Shown here: positions 40,415 to 50,666 of the stretch, one piece after another
How the letters are laid out: each line of letters starts with the position of its first letter
How positions within the stretch are numbered: position 1 is the first letter of the stretch
IMG/VR virus record: IMGVR_UViG_3300025009_000068
Span: 25,433 to 89,432 of that record
Direction: 5' to 3' (one strand)
Source: a virus
Length of the DNA: 64,000 bases
Notes under the pieces: model-generated
The model's database searches: none
What the model saw: only the letters and a program-made list of their open reading frames with translations
What the model was told of the DNA's origin: nothing
Translations under genes and position numbers: made by a program

Positions 40415-41980
40415 GACCGCTCCCCTTGTGGCTCTTCATTTCGAGGCCCTCCTCCAGGATACCTCTTCTCGGCCTCCATCTCGGCAATATCCCTGTCGCT
40501 CGACCACATCGTGCCCGAGTTGCTGTGAAATTCCCACCATGCGGCGCCGGCCACGAAAGCTCGGCGCAAGTCGTCATGGCAATATGATCCATGGATGTCG
40601 TGATAGCCCGGAGGGCAGGCGCATGTCGGGAGAGTTGGGTATTTCACTTCGATGTCTTTCACTTCAATGGCCTCCTTCGAAATCTTGTCAGGGCTCGTGC
40701 GAGATCCATGCTTGCACGCTTGGCGGCCGCCAGAGATGAAGTCATCCCCTTAACGTGAATTTTCTTATCGTCGCGCACTCCGTCCCCGAACTTTTCTCTC
40801 ACGGAAATGCACTGCATGTTTTCATGGTGCTTCTCAAGCGCCAACTTCGCGGCACTGACAAACCTGCGGCACTCGACCAACGCGGATTGGAGATCTCTTT
40901 CTTGTTGCTCTGTCATGGCTTATTTTCCCCGCCTCCATCATCCATCGCAGCATCAATCCTGTCCTGAATTTCCATGGCCGTGCATTCGATTTCAAACAAC
41001 AAATCAAACATTTCATCAGGGATCTTTTGATCCGGTATATCCTCTATGACAATCTTTCTCCAGTCGATCCGCGATGCAAGCTCCTCGGCCGTCCTTATTG
41101 CATCGTCAATGCGCTGATACTCACCGCTCAGCTTCATCCCGCTTTCGTCATGCGTTAAGGACCAAAATCCGCAACCCTCGTAGGTAATCGAAAGCCCGGG
41201 CATCATGGCCGTCCTGAATGCGATGGTATCCCGCTTTCCATGTGCGGTGACAATTTCGCCAAGGCCTTCCACCCATTTGTGCTTGCCATGATAGTAGTTA
41301 TGAATGCTCGCCATTATGCCGCCTGTTCCAACCATACCGCTCATACCGCCTTCTCTCCTTCCTGGCCCTGAAGAGATGATCCTTCTTTTCCTTCCTCGCT
41401 CCACACCCACCATCGCACATACTTCACGAGCCAAGCGCACCCGGCCCGCACATTCCCGGCCGCCGCCGCCTTGCCCTTGTGGTCCGTGACGCCCGTGACG
41501 CCCGCGGCCTTCCTTTCCGATCCGTCTGACGCCACCCCCTTCCCATTCACGGCATCCTGGAAGGAACGGAATTCCCGGGCGATGGCCTCCTCGGCATTCA
41601 CTACCTTCTCGGATTTCAGGACGGCGTTGAGGCGCGCTCTCAGCTCCGCCGCGCGCTCCGGGGTCAATTCCCCCTCCGCTTCCTTTGCCTTGATTGTAAG
41701 GTAAACCCCGTGGATCTGCTGGTAGGCGGCGTTGATGACGCGGTTCAGCGGGGCTCCGGATGTGTCGGGGGCGGGGAAGGTCCAGCCTGGAGGGAGGGTG
41801 AAGCCTGGTGGTGGTGTGGGGGTGGGTGGGGGAACAGAAGATGCGGCCTGATCAATTGTGGTGGCCTGGCCGGTCACGCCTTGAAGAGCTGGATTGGTGT
41901 CTTGCCCTAAAGATGGAAGCCCTTCCTCTTCGAGGGGTTGTTGCTTGGCTTGTGGCGCCCGCTCCTTCTCGGGTAGCAGT

Positions 41981-42208
41981 TCATCCCAATCCATGGCTTT
42001 TCTCCTCTGTCTCCCGGTCCGCCTTCTCTCCGGTGCCCTCTTCACGGTCGGCCCCAACCCCCTCCATCTCCGCGAGTCTCCGGACGGCGATCTCCCACAC
42101 GGCGGACTTTGAAATGCCGAGTTTGCTGGCGATTTTGTCCCGAAGCCGCTTGGCCTCAAGGGACATTACGATGCTTGTTGGTTGGCGAGATTGACTATTT
42201 TCTTTCAT
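41981..42208 (-). CDS. Ribbon-helix-helix (CopG/Arc-like) regulator
   Basis: TSIVMSLEAKRLRDKIASKLGISKSAVWEIAVRRLA. Confidence 0.65.
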   Translation of the reverse strand: MKENSQSRQPTSIVMSLEAKRLRDKIASKLGISKSAVWEIAVRRLAEMEGVGADREEGTGEKADRETEEKSHGLG

Positions 42209-42217
42209 AGTGCCTTT

Positions 42218-42245
42218 ATCATAGTGTGTTTTTGATTATTGTCAA
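42218..42245 (-). promoter_or_regulatory. Sigma70 promoter for the minus-strand 35-42 kb operon
   Basis: TTGACA-16 bp-TATGAT, ending about 10 nt before the ATG at 42208. Confidence 0.65.
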
Positions 42246-42338
42246 CGGTTTTTTGGGTATCAAAACCTGTCAAGTAACACACGAAAACTTAGAATCCATG
42301 CCGATCTATAGACTTTTATCCATCATTTTTACTTCAAC

Positions 42339-42707
42339 TGTTACCGAGATGTTACCGCGCTGTTACCACACAAAATGAAAAGCCCCCTTATATTATATTA
42401 TTGTATTTATTAATAAAATATATATATAGGGGGCCATCAAATCCCTGTCGCAAAGGCCTCGGTAACAGCAAAATGCCAGGTAACAGCAAAAATCATATCA
42501 TCCAAAATTTTTGGAGCTCCACGCAAAGAAAAAATCCAAACCGACCTTCTTTGAATTTTTCTTCTTGATCTGGATTCTTTTGGTAAGGGTGTTTTTCGGG
42601 AATCGCTGTTACTCTGTTACTGATGGATTTAACTATATGTTTTTGCTTTGTTTTTTTCGGTAACAGATCGGTAACAGTAAGGTAACAGTAGTCCCCCTGC
42701 TGTTACC
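42339..42707. other. Putative replication origin (TGTTAC/GTAACA iterons plus AT-rich core)
   Basis: About 11 iterons in both orientations; AT-rich tract 42388-42428; directly downstream of the primase-helicase gene. Confidence 0.75.
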
Positions 42708-42752
42708 AGCGGATTTATGTCGCTTGATAACTAATCATAAGTATTCAATTTT

Positions 42753-45671
42753 CTAAGAGGTTTTCTCTTTATTTTTCCATCCTGCATTAAAAACCTCCTG
42801 GATGTCAATCGGAATTTTATCCCATGCAAAAACAAGGGATCTCCTTGGTATCAGATTGATCTTTTTGAGCTTGGAATCCTCGACAAAATATGGCTCTTCC
42901 CTGAAATATTTCTGGAGATCCTGATATGACCATACCGATTCTCCACGTCTCTTCCTGTCTTCCGCCCAGATGTTGTAAACAGCCTTGAGCCAAATAAACA
43001 CGAGGCTGGGAGTCATGTATCCATCAACCACTTTCCTCTCAATCTCAACATGCGATCCATTCAATATTCCACGGGCCCTGAGCACCTCCATGTCATACAG
43101 AAATTCATGCGTGAGGAGCTTCTCTTCCTTCTCTGCCTTCATGACATGGGCTTCTTTGAGAATCCAGTCCCTGAATAATTCGGCCTCGCCTCTGTCAATC
43201 TCCGGATAATAGGTCTGCAAGAATGACGTGCTGAGCGTGGCATATACACTGGAAAGCCTAGGGTCCATGCCCTTCCCTTCAAGCCACTTCTTTGATTTTT
43301 CGATCTGCTCCAAGAGTTTCTTGGCCTTGCCCGGCGTTTTGCTTCTTAGAAAAGAGAGAAACACGGCACTCAGGTTCGGCATGTAATCCCTGATGTCACT
43401 ATAAAGGTCGTCCTTCCTCCGTATCTCGCTGAGCTGGATCATGGCACACCGGGAAGTCAGCGCGGAGTCCGACGGGAACCCCTCTCCAGTGACGATAAGC
43501 GGAGCCCGCACCTTCGGGCTCAATACCCCTGGTCCCAACGTTCCCTTGCTCCCGCCCACCCGGTCGTATGCGGATCTCAGCAGTGAATCCTTTTCCTGGC
43601 ACTTGGGATCTCCGGACCTGTACTCATCCACCCACACGGGGATGTTGCTATAGTACGCCAGCTTGCGCGAGAGCGCGGCCTTGGTGATCGATACCACGTT
43701 ATCACTCGACCATTCTCCGAGTCCCCAATGAGACATGAGCGTGTTGGCCAGGGTGTTCTTTCCGCACTGGCGCCGACCGAAGATGAAGAGGATGGGAAAC
43801 TTGTACTCCCGGAAAATCTCATCCAGGTACGCGCAGCCGGCCACGAACCCAAGGGCAAGATACGCCTCGAACCCCCCAAGGTTCTGCTTGAGCTTTTCAA
43901 CTATCCCCTTCCTGGCCTTTTCGGATACCTCCGCGGACACCCTCCACTCAAGGGATGGGACAGAACTGCAAATCTCTTCCTTTGTCTCGGAAAGATCGAT
44001 TGCCATGGGCTGATACCCGGATTCATCCACCCAATAGATGCCGTCCGTATCCGGCTCAAATACGTCTCCATCCTTCACGGCGCAGTCCCCGAACAACCAC
44101 AGGCCCTGTCTTGGCACCCACCCGATATGGTCCGGCCGATAAATGATCTTCCCGTCATTGGCGTCGAGCTCAAGCTCCCACATCTTCTCGAGGTCGGCTT
44201 GCGTCCCCTTGAAGAGGAAGTTCCCTTGCCCGAGAATCCACGCGGCGAATGTCTGCCGGGACACCATGATCGTGGAGGACACCTCCGATTCAGCCGAGAA
44301 TCCGTTTTCGTGGGTGATTTTGATGAGGCGGGTCATCCCGGAGGGGGAAGAAAAGTTGCGAAGGATGGAGAGGGTAAAATTCGATATCTTCTTTGGGGCT
44401 GGGCCGGTCGCAGTGTACTCTGTTTTCCAGTAGGCCCCATCTTTTTTTGTGATGCTAATTGCTTCCTCGCGCTGGGACGGGTCTTTCTTTGCCTTTTCCG
44501 TCGGCGGCGCCTTTACCTCGGCTTCAAGCCTGTCCAAAACAATGAGGTCCTTGTCGCGGTCATCCTCTTTCTTATATTCTTTATGGAGTATTTTCTGTCT
44601 TGCCCGATCCACGAGAGACAGCAACCTTGCCTTTAAGCCGTCTTCATCCCTGCTCCCCGTGGCCCCCTTTACCATCCTAAGGATGACATCTCCCTTGCCA
44701 GCCTTCCATAAATCATTGGTGTCTTTTGCTGCCCTGCGGTACGTTGCTCCATCCTCACCGCCACTCCCACTATCCTTCTCGGCAAGACTCCAGTCAACGG
44801 ACTTCCCCCTTCCAGGACCAAGCATTCGTAGCGCCCGAACCGTGTTGGTGATGCCGCTTGGATCGTCATCCAAAAAGAAAATAGGAACGCTTCCAGGGAT
44901 CAACTTGACCTTTTGAAATGTTCCGGAAGAATAGATGGAAACAGAATCGAGAAATATCTGGCTTCTACATGCGGCGTATATTGAAAGGGAATCAATCACG
45001 GCTTCTGAAATAACACAGTAGTCTCCTCCGTTCCCATGCTTGAAGAATCCGTCTTTTGGGGATGCGCCCTTGACAAACTTCTTATCTCCACCACCAACAG
45101 GAACATGCTGAATAGACAGAAGTGTTTTCTTGTGCCAGTCAAGAACTGGAAACTCGATGGCTCCATGCTCTCCAAAACTTGGCTGAAATCCAATAAGATA
45201 GTTCTTGTTCAACTCATCAATGATATCTCTGGGTATGCCACGTTCTTTTTCAAGGTATTCCCTGGCTTTCTCGGAGAGTGGAGTTTCCCAGAACTTTGTC
45301 CAACGGTTCTTGAGGGTGGCTGATGTTGGTGGGGATGATGTTCTGCTTGCAGCGTGTCCGGGAGTCGGAGTTTTGTCGTAATCTGGAAAGCCAAGCTCCC
45401 GCGCCATCTCCTTGACCAACTCCATCAATTCTTTCTTGGAGCATCCCGTCTTTCCATGATGCTCCTGATACAAATCAATGGCGCTCCACGACTTTTGACA
45501 AGCTCCGTGGCAAACGGCAAATTCCTTTTTGATCGACATGGACGGGCCGGAATCGCCATGAAAGGGACACTTGATATTTCCGACTTCCTTGAAATGATCG
45601 GGCCAAAAGCGGCGGATCAATTCTCGACAATCCGAAGCAGCCTTCACTTCATCGAAGAGCTTGTGAGCCAT
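42753..45671 (-). CDS. DNA primase-helicase (CHC2 Zn finger + Toprim + P-loop ATPase)
   Basis: CPFHGD..CHGAC; SEAVIDSLS and FLDDD..G Toprim motifs; GRRQCGKNT Walker A; VWVDEY Walker B. Confidence 0.85.
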   Translation of the reverse strand: MAHKLFDEVKAASDCRELIRRFWPDHFKEVGNIKCPFHGDSGPSMSIKKEFAVCHGACQKSWSAIDLYQEHHGKTGCSKKELMELVKEMARELGFPDYDKTPTPGHAASRTSSPPTSATLKNRWTKFWETPLSEKAREYLEKERGIPRDIIDELNKNYLIGFQPSFGEHGAIEFPVLDWHKKTLLSIQHVPVGGGDKKFVKGASPKDGFFKHGNGGDYCVISEAVIDSLSIYAACRSQIFLDSVSIYSSGTFQKVKLIPGSVPIFFLDDDPSGITNTVRALRMLGPGRGKSVDWSLAEKDSGSGGEDGATYRRAAKDTNDLWKAGKGDVILRMVKGATGSRDEDGLKARLLSLVDRARQKILHKEYKKEDDRDKDLIVLDRLEAEVKAPPTEKAKKDPSQREEAISITKKDGAYWKTEYTATGPAPKKISNFTLSILRNFSSPSGMTRLIKITHENGFSAESEVSSTIMVSRQTFAAWILGQGNFLFKGTQADLEKMWELELDANDGKIIYRPDHIGWVPRQGLWLFGDCAVKDGDVFEPDTDGIYWVDESGYQPMAIDLSETKEEICSSVPSLEWRVSAEVSEKARKGIVEKLKQNLGGFEAYLALGFVAGCAYLDEIFREYKFPILFIFGRRQCGKNTLANTLMSHWGLGEWSSDNVVSITKAALSRKLAYYSNIPVWVDEYRSGDPKCQEKDSLLRSAYDRVGGSKGTLGPGVLSPKVRAPLIVTGEGFPSDSALTSRCAMIQLSEIRRKDDLYSDIRDYMPNLSAVFLSFLRSKTPGKAKKLLEQIEKSKKWLEGKGMDPRLSSVYATLSTSFLQTYYPEIDRGEAELFRDWILKEAHVMKAEKEEKLLTHEFLYDMEVLRARGILNGSHVEIERKVVDGYMTPSLVFIWLKAVYNIWAEDRKRRGESVWSYQDLQKYFREEPYFVEDSKLKKINLIPRRSLVFAWDKIPIDIQEVFNAGWKNKEKTS

Positions 45672-45689
45672 AATGGAATGCTCCCGTGC

Positions 45690-45875
45690 TTAGCGGCCAA
45701 GAAATGCGTTAATTTGCTCTATAACCGAAACAGGAGCTTTCCTTTTTGCCAGATAAACATAGATAGATCTGCGATTCTTACCCAGTACGGCAGCCAGGGC
45801 CACGAGACTCCCGGCCTTCGTTACTGCCGCTCGTATGGTTTTCTTTGGAATCATCTTCATTGGGACTTTTGGCAT
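45690..45875 (-). CDS. Cro-like HTH regulator
   Basis: AGSLVALAAVLGKNRRSIYVYL; GGAGG RBS; divergent position. Confidence 0.6.
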   Translation of the reverse strand: MPKVPMKMIPKKTIRAAVTKAGSLVALAAVLGKNRRSIYVYLAKRKAPVSVIEQINAFLGR

Positions 45876-45896
45876 GATATTTTAACCTCCATCGCA

Positions 45897-45924
45897 ATTC
45901 TAGCGACTTCAACCAGCTTGTCAA
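45897..45924 (-). promoter_or_regulatory. Sigma70 promoter for the cro-like and primase genes
   Basis: TTGACA-16 bp-TAGAAT. Confidence 0.7.
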
Positions 45925-46035
45925 ATCATTTCTCATTGGGAATTATTTTTTTGTTGCCCATGTGAAAATTTCCTTGCATTCTCTTTTGAGCCATGTTTCA
46001 ATGAAGAAACTTTTTAGAGAAAAGGAGAAATCGGG

Positions 46036-46608
46036 ATGACGCTTGATGAATTGATTCAAATGGGCAGGGAAGAAAGTCCACACGAAAAGAAGGTCCATGA
46101 CGATTATGATTTCATAAAATGTCTGGAAGAAAATAAAAGATCCAGGGAAAGAGATGCGTGGATTTCTGTTATCGACAATAATCTCAATGAGATAACACAT
46201 TATATTAATGAATCAGAGATAACCGAAGGCCAGTGGGAAGATCTTGTTGGTACGTTATTCGGCTGGTCTCAATACGTAATTTTGGGGGCAAGGAACAAAA
46301 TTATTATTTCTCAATCCGCCCCGCAGTCTTTGTCGCAGCCTCCTCCGCCCAAGACCAGACGCCAAATCTACCATGAATACCTCATGTCCCCCGAGTGGTC
46401 CGCGGTAAGAGGCGCAAAGCTCGAGGAGGCCGAGTATCGATGCCAAGTCTGCAACGCTCAAAATCTAGCGGGCGGGAAGGGTTTGAATGTTCATCACCGA
46501 ACCTATGAGCGGATTTTTCATGAGTTACTCACCGACTTGGTGGTTTTGTGCTCTGACTGCCATGAGATCTTTCACGCCGCCGGAAAGCTGGCAAAGTTCA
46601 AGGAGTGA
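46036..46608 (+). CDS. HNH endonuclease-family protein
   Basis: YLMSPEW..CQVC..VHHRTY..LVVLCSDCHEIFH. Confidence 0.7.
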   Translation: MTLDELIQMGREESPHEKKVHDDYDFIKCLEENKRSRERDAWISVIDNNLNEITHYINESEITEGQWEDLVGTLFGWSQYVILGARNKIIISQSAPQSLSQPPPPKTRRQIYHEYLMSPEWSAVRGAKLEEAEYRCQVCNAQNLAGGKGLNVHHRTYERIFHELLTDLVVLCSDCHEIFHAAGKLAKFKE

Positions 46609-46744
46609 GATGTCATGAAGTCGTTTTCAAGTTGTAGCCATGCGGGTTTGTGGATTGTTTGAAAATGGAGGGGAAAGTCAGAGGGAAAAGTTAATGAATT
46701 TTTGTGGAATTGGATTTTAAGTCTAAAAAAGAAGGAGTCAAGCC

Positions 46745-47077
46745 ATGCCACCCATTAAGACGAGCATAATGCCACCGCCACGCCTCACCCCCGACCCCAT
46801 CACCATAATCGCCACCCTCCACGGCAACCTCGTCCACCTTGGAAGGGAGAATGCCGCGAAGAGTGTTGCTGGCTATGGGGCAAAATACGACCCGATGCGT
46901 CATCCGGACAATCAGCCCGACCCTACAGAAGACTTCGTAGCCCTCCACGAAGACTCCTTCGCTGATCTCTTCGGCATGGAGATCTACCACGAGCTCAAAC
47001 GCAAGCTAAACCGGCTGAGCGTTCGGAACGGCGAGGCGCGGGCAAGGGTGAGGTTGCGGGTGGAGTTGGAGGAGTAG
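46745..47077 (+). CDS. Hypothetical protein
   Basis: AAGGAG RBS; 110 aa. Confidence 0.5.
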   Translation: MPPIKTSIMPPPRLTPDPITIIATLHGNLVHLGRENAAKSVAGYGAKYDPMRHPDNQPDPTEDFVALHEDSFADLFGMEIYHELKRKLNRLSVRNGEARARVRLRVELEE

Positions 47078-47149
47078 CGCGAAGCATTGGAATTGCAATT
47101 CTGCGAAACACGAAAAAATACAATCTTATGAAAGGAGGAGCTTATCACC

Positions 47150-47416
47150 ATGGCACAATCACTCTGGACCTGCCCCTTCAAAGCCCACAAGGGCAAGCCC
47201 GTCGAGGACATCCCGCGTAGCTACCTCGAGTGGCTCCTGGAGCAATCGTGGTTCTGCGACCCGGCCAACGGCAACGACCGCGCCATCAAGGCCATCCAGA
47301 CGGAGCTTGCCTACCGGGAGAGGCATGGGGAGTTGGATGAGGATAAGGGGAAGTGGAAGGGCGGGAACGGAAGGGATGGAAACAACGACAATAACGAAGA
47401 TGATGATTGGCAATAA
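47150..47416 (+). CDS. DUF3820/exonuclease-X C-terminal-like small protein
   Basis: PFKAHKGKPVEDIPRSYLEWLL. Confidence 0.65.
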   Translation: MAQSLWTCPFKAHKGKPVEDIPRSYLEWLLEQSWFCDPANGNDRAIKAIQTELAYRERHGELDEDKGKWKGGNGRDGNNDNNEDDDWQ

Positions 47417-47431
47417 AGAGGAGAATGCTCA

Positions 47432-48211
47432 ATGAAGGTATTGACACAGATCAAATCTTGGTTTGATGCTTCCGTGCTTTTCGAGACAGAAGTAGATGTA
47501 AGCAATGAGCGTTATGCCTTAAAAGCCGCGCTTGAACTGGCTGTAAGATTAAAAGTCAATCTCAACAGGGCATCCCTCAACGGGGCATTCCTCGACGGGG
47601 CATCCCTCAACGGGGCATTCCTCGACGGGGCATCCCTCAACGGGGCATTCCTCAACGGGGCATCCCTCAACAGGGCATCCCTCAACAGGGCATCCCTCGT
47701 CGGGGGATGCCTCGTCGGGGCATCCCTCGTCGGGGCATCCCTCAACGGGGCATCCCTCGTCGGGGCATCCCTCGTCGGGGCATCCCTCAACAGGGCATCC
47801 CTCAACGGGGCATTCCTCAACGGGGCATTCCTCAACAGGGCATCCCTCAACGGGGCATCCCTCAACGGGGCATCCCTCAACGGGGCATTCCTCGACGGGG
47901 CATCCCTCGACGGGGCATCCCTCAACGGGGCAAAAATAGGCGACTTAATGTGTCTTTCAGACCTATCCGATGCGATAGACTTGGCTCCCATGGTCTTTCG
48001 GGAGTGGAAGACTAATGGCATTGAATCAGCTAGAAATCGCTTTGGTATGTACAAAATATCAAGCGAGAATCGAGCGTTGATTTTCATGTGTCCTTTCTTG
48101 TCTGGTGGCTATTGTCTTGTTTTGGAGCGCAGAGAAATCTGGTGGTGGTCGTTTCGATGTCCCAACCCTGATACGGTGCCTGTTTTGTGGAGAGAAGGGC
48201 AAGGGTCATGA
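47432..48211 (+). CDS. Pentapeptide repeat protein
   Basis: 25 tandem L(N/D/V)(G/R)A(S/F) units encoded by near-identical 15-bp repeats at 47561-47935. Confidence 0.9.
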   Translation: MKVLTQIKSWFDASVLFETEVDVSNERYALKAALELAVRLKVNLNRASLNGAFLDGASLNGAFLDGASLNGAFLNGASLNRASLNRASLVGGCLVGASLVGASLNGASLVGASLVGASLNRASLNGAFLNGAFLNRASLNGASLNGASLNGAFLDGASLDGASLNGAKIGDLMCLSDLSDAIDLAPMVFREWKTNGIESARNRFGMYKISSENRALIFMCPFLSGGYCLVLERREIWWWSFRCPNPDTVPVLWREGQGS

Positions 48212-48442
48212 TGGATGCGGACGACTACGACATCAAACCTTCAACACGTTCCATTAAGAAAGGCCAGCCATGGACCGACAAGGAAGACATGGAATTGACC
48301 GTCGCCTTCCTCGCCTTTCTGGATGATGCAGTGGGAAAGCATGGCCGCACGGAGTATGCCATCATCTCCAGGCTGGAGCGGCTCATGTCTTCCAAGGTCT
48401 ACGGATTCATCAAGACGCGACTTGAAGAAAGGAAAACCGAAA

Positions 48443-50278
48443 ATGCCAAATAAGACACAAGACAATGAAGAAATGAAAGACAATCCTGCTTCAACCACCA
48501 CCACCGCGCCCCTCCCCACCCCTCTCCGCGTAGTCCAGATCTACGCCGAGAACTTCAAGAAGCTCAAGGTCGTGGACATCCGCCCCGATCCCTCCGACCC
48601 CATAGTCTTGCTCACGGGCAAAAACCGCCAAGGCAAAAGCTCCCTCCTCGAGTGCCTGTGGGGAATGCTGCTTGGCGAGAAACACATCTCCGCTGACATC
48701 ATCCGGGACGGCACCGACCGGGCCGAGGGGTTGATCGACTTCGGGGATTATCTGGTGAAGCGCGTGATCAATCGCAAGGAAGGGAAAGACGGATCTCCAT
48801 CCGGAGGATATACCACCACGCTTTCCATTATCGGCAAGGGCGGCTTCATCGCTCCGTCGCCGCAGGAGTTCCTCTCCTCAAGGCTCGGTGAGAACGTCCA
48901 GGACCCCATCGCCTTCAACCGCCTGAGTGAGTCCGAGAAGATAGAGACCCTCCAGCGCCTCATCACCTTTCGCCCGGATCCCGATGAATTCATGAAGCGA
49001 TCCGGATTTACCGGCGTCAAGGCCGAGCACCTGCGTGATTCCGTGGGAGCCTTCGACCGGGCACACAAGAAGCTCTTCGAGCTCAGGAAGGAAGTGAATG
49101 CCGAAGTGAAGCGCCTTGAAGGGGTGAAGGCCAGCTTTACGCCGCCTGAAGGGTGGGAGAGCGTCGAGGAGGTCAAGGTCAAGGATTTGTTTGAAGAGCG
49201 GAAGGCGCTGGAAGAGAGGAGGACGGCGCAGGACGATGAGCGGAAGAAGGCCAGAGACTACCAGACATTGATTATAGCGCAAGAACGCAGAATTAATGAG
49301 CGTGAATTTAGTATGCAAGACATCGCAGAGCAAATTGCAGATCTACAACGAGCGTTGGATGTCATGAAAACAGAACAAGAAGCGCATCGTATCGAAGTTA
49401 CCAATATGCTAAATGAGCATGCGGCCATGGAACAGCACCTCACCACCCTCGAAGACCTCACTCCACTCTTCCAGGACGTCGACACCCGCATATCCACGGC
49501 CGACGCCACCAACAAGACCTTCAACGCCATTACTTCATGGAAAGCGTCGACGACCTCCCTCGAAACGCAGCGCGCCGTTTCGCAATCCTACACCGACCGC
49601 ATGGCAGCACTCAAAAACTACAAGGGTGAGCTGATCGAGGCCGCCGGCATGCCGGTTCTCGGGCTGGGCTTTGACGAGGGTGTCGTCACGTACAATGGTC
49701 ATCCTCTCTCCCTGGCATCCGGCGCCGAGCAGATCCACGTGGGTTGCGCCGTGTGCATGGCGTCCCACCCTGACATTGGATTGCTGACCATCGACAAGGC
49801 GTGGGCCGAGCTGGACCTGGATAGCCAGCGAGTGCTCCGGGAGTGGGCCGCGAAGATCGGGGCACATATCATTGTGACGAAGGTCGCCGAGCAGCCGGAA
49901 GAGAACGGATGGCACTTGGTGGAGGGGGAAGTGGTCGCCGTGAATGGCGTGCCGGTCGAGGGAAGGCCGGAAAAGCCGGAGGCGCTGGAGGATAAGCGTA
50001 AGAAGCGGGGGAAGGGTGGAAGCAAAAAGAAGGGCGGGGAGGAAGGTGGGGCCGGGAATGGAAAGACTGACGAGGAAGAAGGCGGATGGGAAGAGGGGGC
50101 CAGCGATCCATTCAGCGAAGAAATGGTTGCCGCATCGCTGAAAACTTCGTCTGATAATGATCTGTCGTCCCCTGCTTTTCTGGGTTCAACGGACAAGAAA
50201 ACACCCCCTTCCCTTCAAGGCTCCGAGCTTCCCCCGAGGTTGAGCCGGAAGACTGCTGATTCCGAGAAAGGAGAGTAG
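48443..50278 (+). CDS. SMC/Rad50-like AAA ATPase
   Basis: AENFKKL; GKNRQGKSS Walker A; long coiled coil; ASGAE signature; TID Walker B. Confidence 0.8.
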   Translation: MPNKTQDNEEMKDNPASTTTTAPLPTPLRVVQIYAENFKKLKVVDIRPDPSDPIVLLTGKNRQGKSSLLECLWGMLLGEKHISADIIRDGTDRAEGLIDFGDYLVKRVINRKEGKDGSPSGGYTTTLSIIGKGGFIAPSPQEFLSSRLGENVQDPIAFNRLSESEKIETLQRLITFRPDPDEFMKRSGFTGVKAEHLRDSVGAFDRAHKKLFELRKEVNAEVKRLEGVKASFTPPEGWESVEEVKVKDLFEERKALEERRTAQDDERKKARDYQTLIIAQERRINEREFSMQDIAEQIADLQRALDVMKTEQEAHRIEVTNMLNEHAAMEQHLTTLEDLTPLFQDVDTRISTADATNKTFNAITSWKASTTSLETQRAVSQSYTDRMAALKNYKGELIEAAGMPVLGLGFDEGVVTYNGHPLSLASGAEQIHVGCAVCMASHPDIGLLTIDKAWAELDLDSQRVLREWAAKIGAHIIVTKVAEQPEENGWHLVEGEVVAVNGVPVEGRPEKPEALEDKRKKRGKGGSKKKGGEEGGAGNGKTDEEEGGWEEGASDPFSEEMVAASLKTSSDNDLSSPAFLGSTDKKTPPSLQGSELPPRLSRKTADSEKGE

Positions 50279-50283
50279 CCGCA

Positions 50284-50661
50284 ATGAAAGTAAAAACGCT
50301 TTTCATGAGTCCAGTTCCGATTTACTTGCTTTGGATTTCAGCGTTGTCATTCTTTGTGTCGATGAGTCTCTCCACATGGATGATCATGGCGGACCACGAG
50401 GAGGAACTTTCCACCCTCACGTCAAAACATGCCGCAGCCATGGAGTCATCTCGACATGAAGCATACGGTGCCGGTTTTGGTGCGTGCTTCACGGCGATGG
50501 GCGCGACAGGCGGAGAAGACAAGAAGATCACATTTCAGCTTGATCCGCATAAAATCATCACCGTCCTGGACGGGTATGTTTTGACTTTTGAAAAGCAGGG
50601 ATGGGCCGTGCTGGAGCGCGAGAAAGATGGTACGAAAAAGAATTCCGAGAAAGGAGAATAA
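50284..50661 (+). CDS. Hypothetical membrane-anchored protein
   Basis: N-terminal transmembrane helix. Confidence 0.45.
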   Translation: MKVKTLFMSPVPIYLLWISALSFFVSMSLSTWMIMADHEEELSTLTSKHAAAMESSRHEAYGAGFGACFTAMGATGGEDKKITFQLDPHKIITVLDGYVLTFEKQGWAVLEREKDGTKKNSEKGE

Positions 50662-50666
50662 TCAAA

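Noticed and set aside
47512-48087. Repetitive antisense and alternative-frame ORFs (RDAPL.., RGIPQ..) and the many other long opposite-strand ORFs
   Set aside because: They are shadows of tandem repeats and GC-rich codon usage, with no RBS or family motifs.
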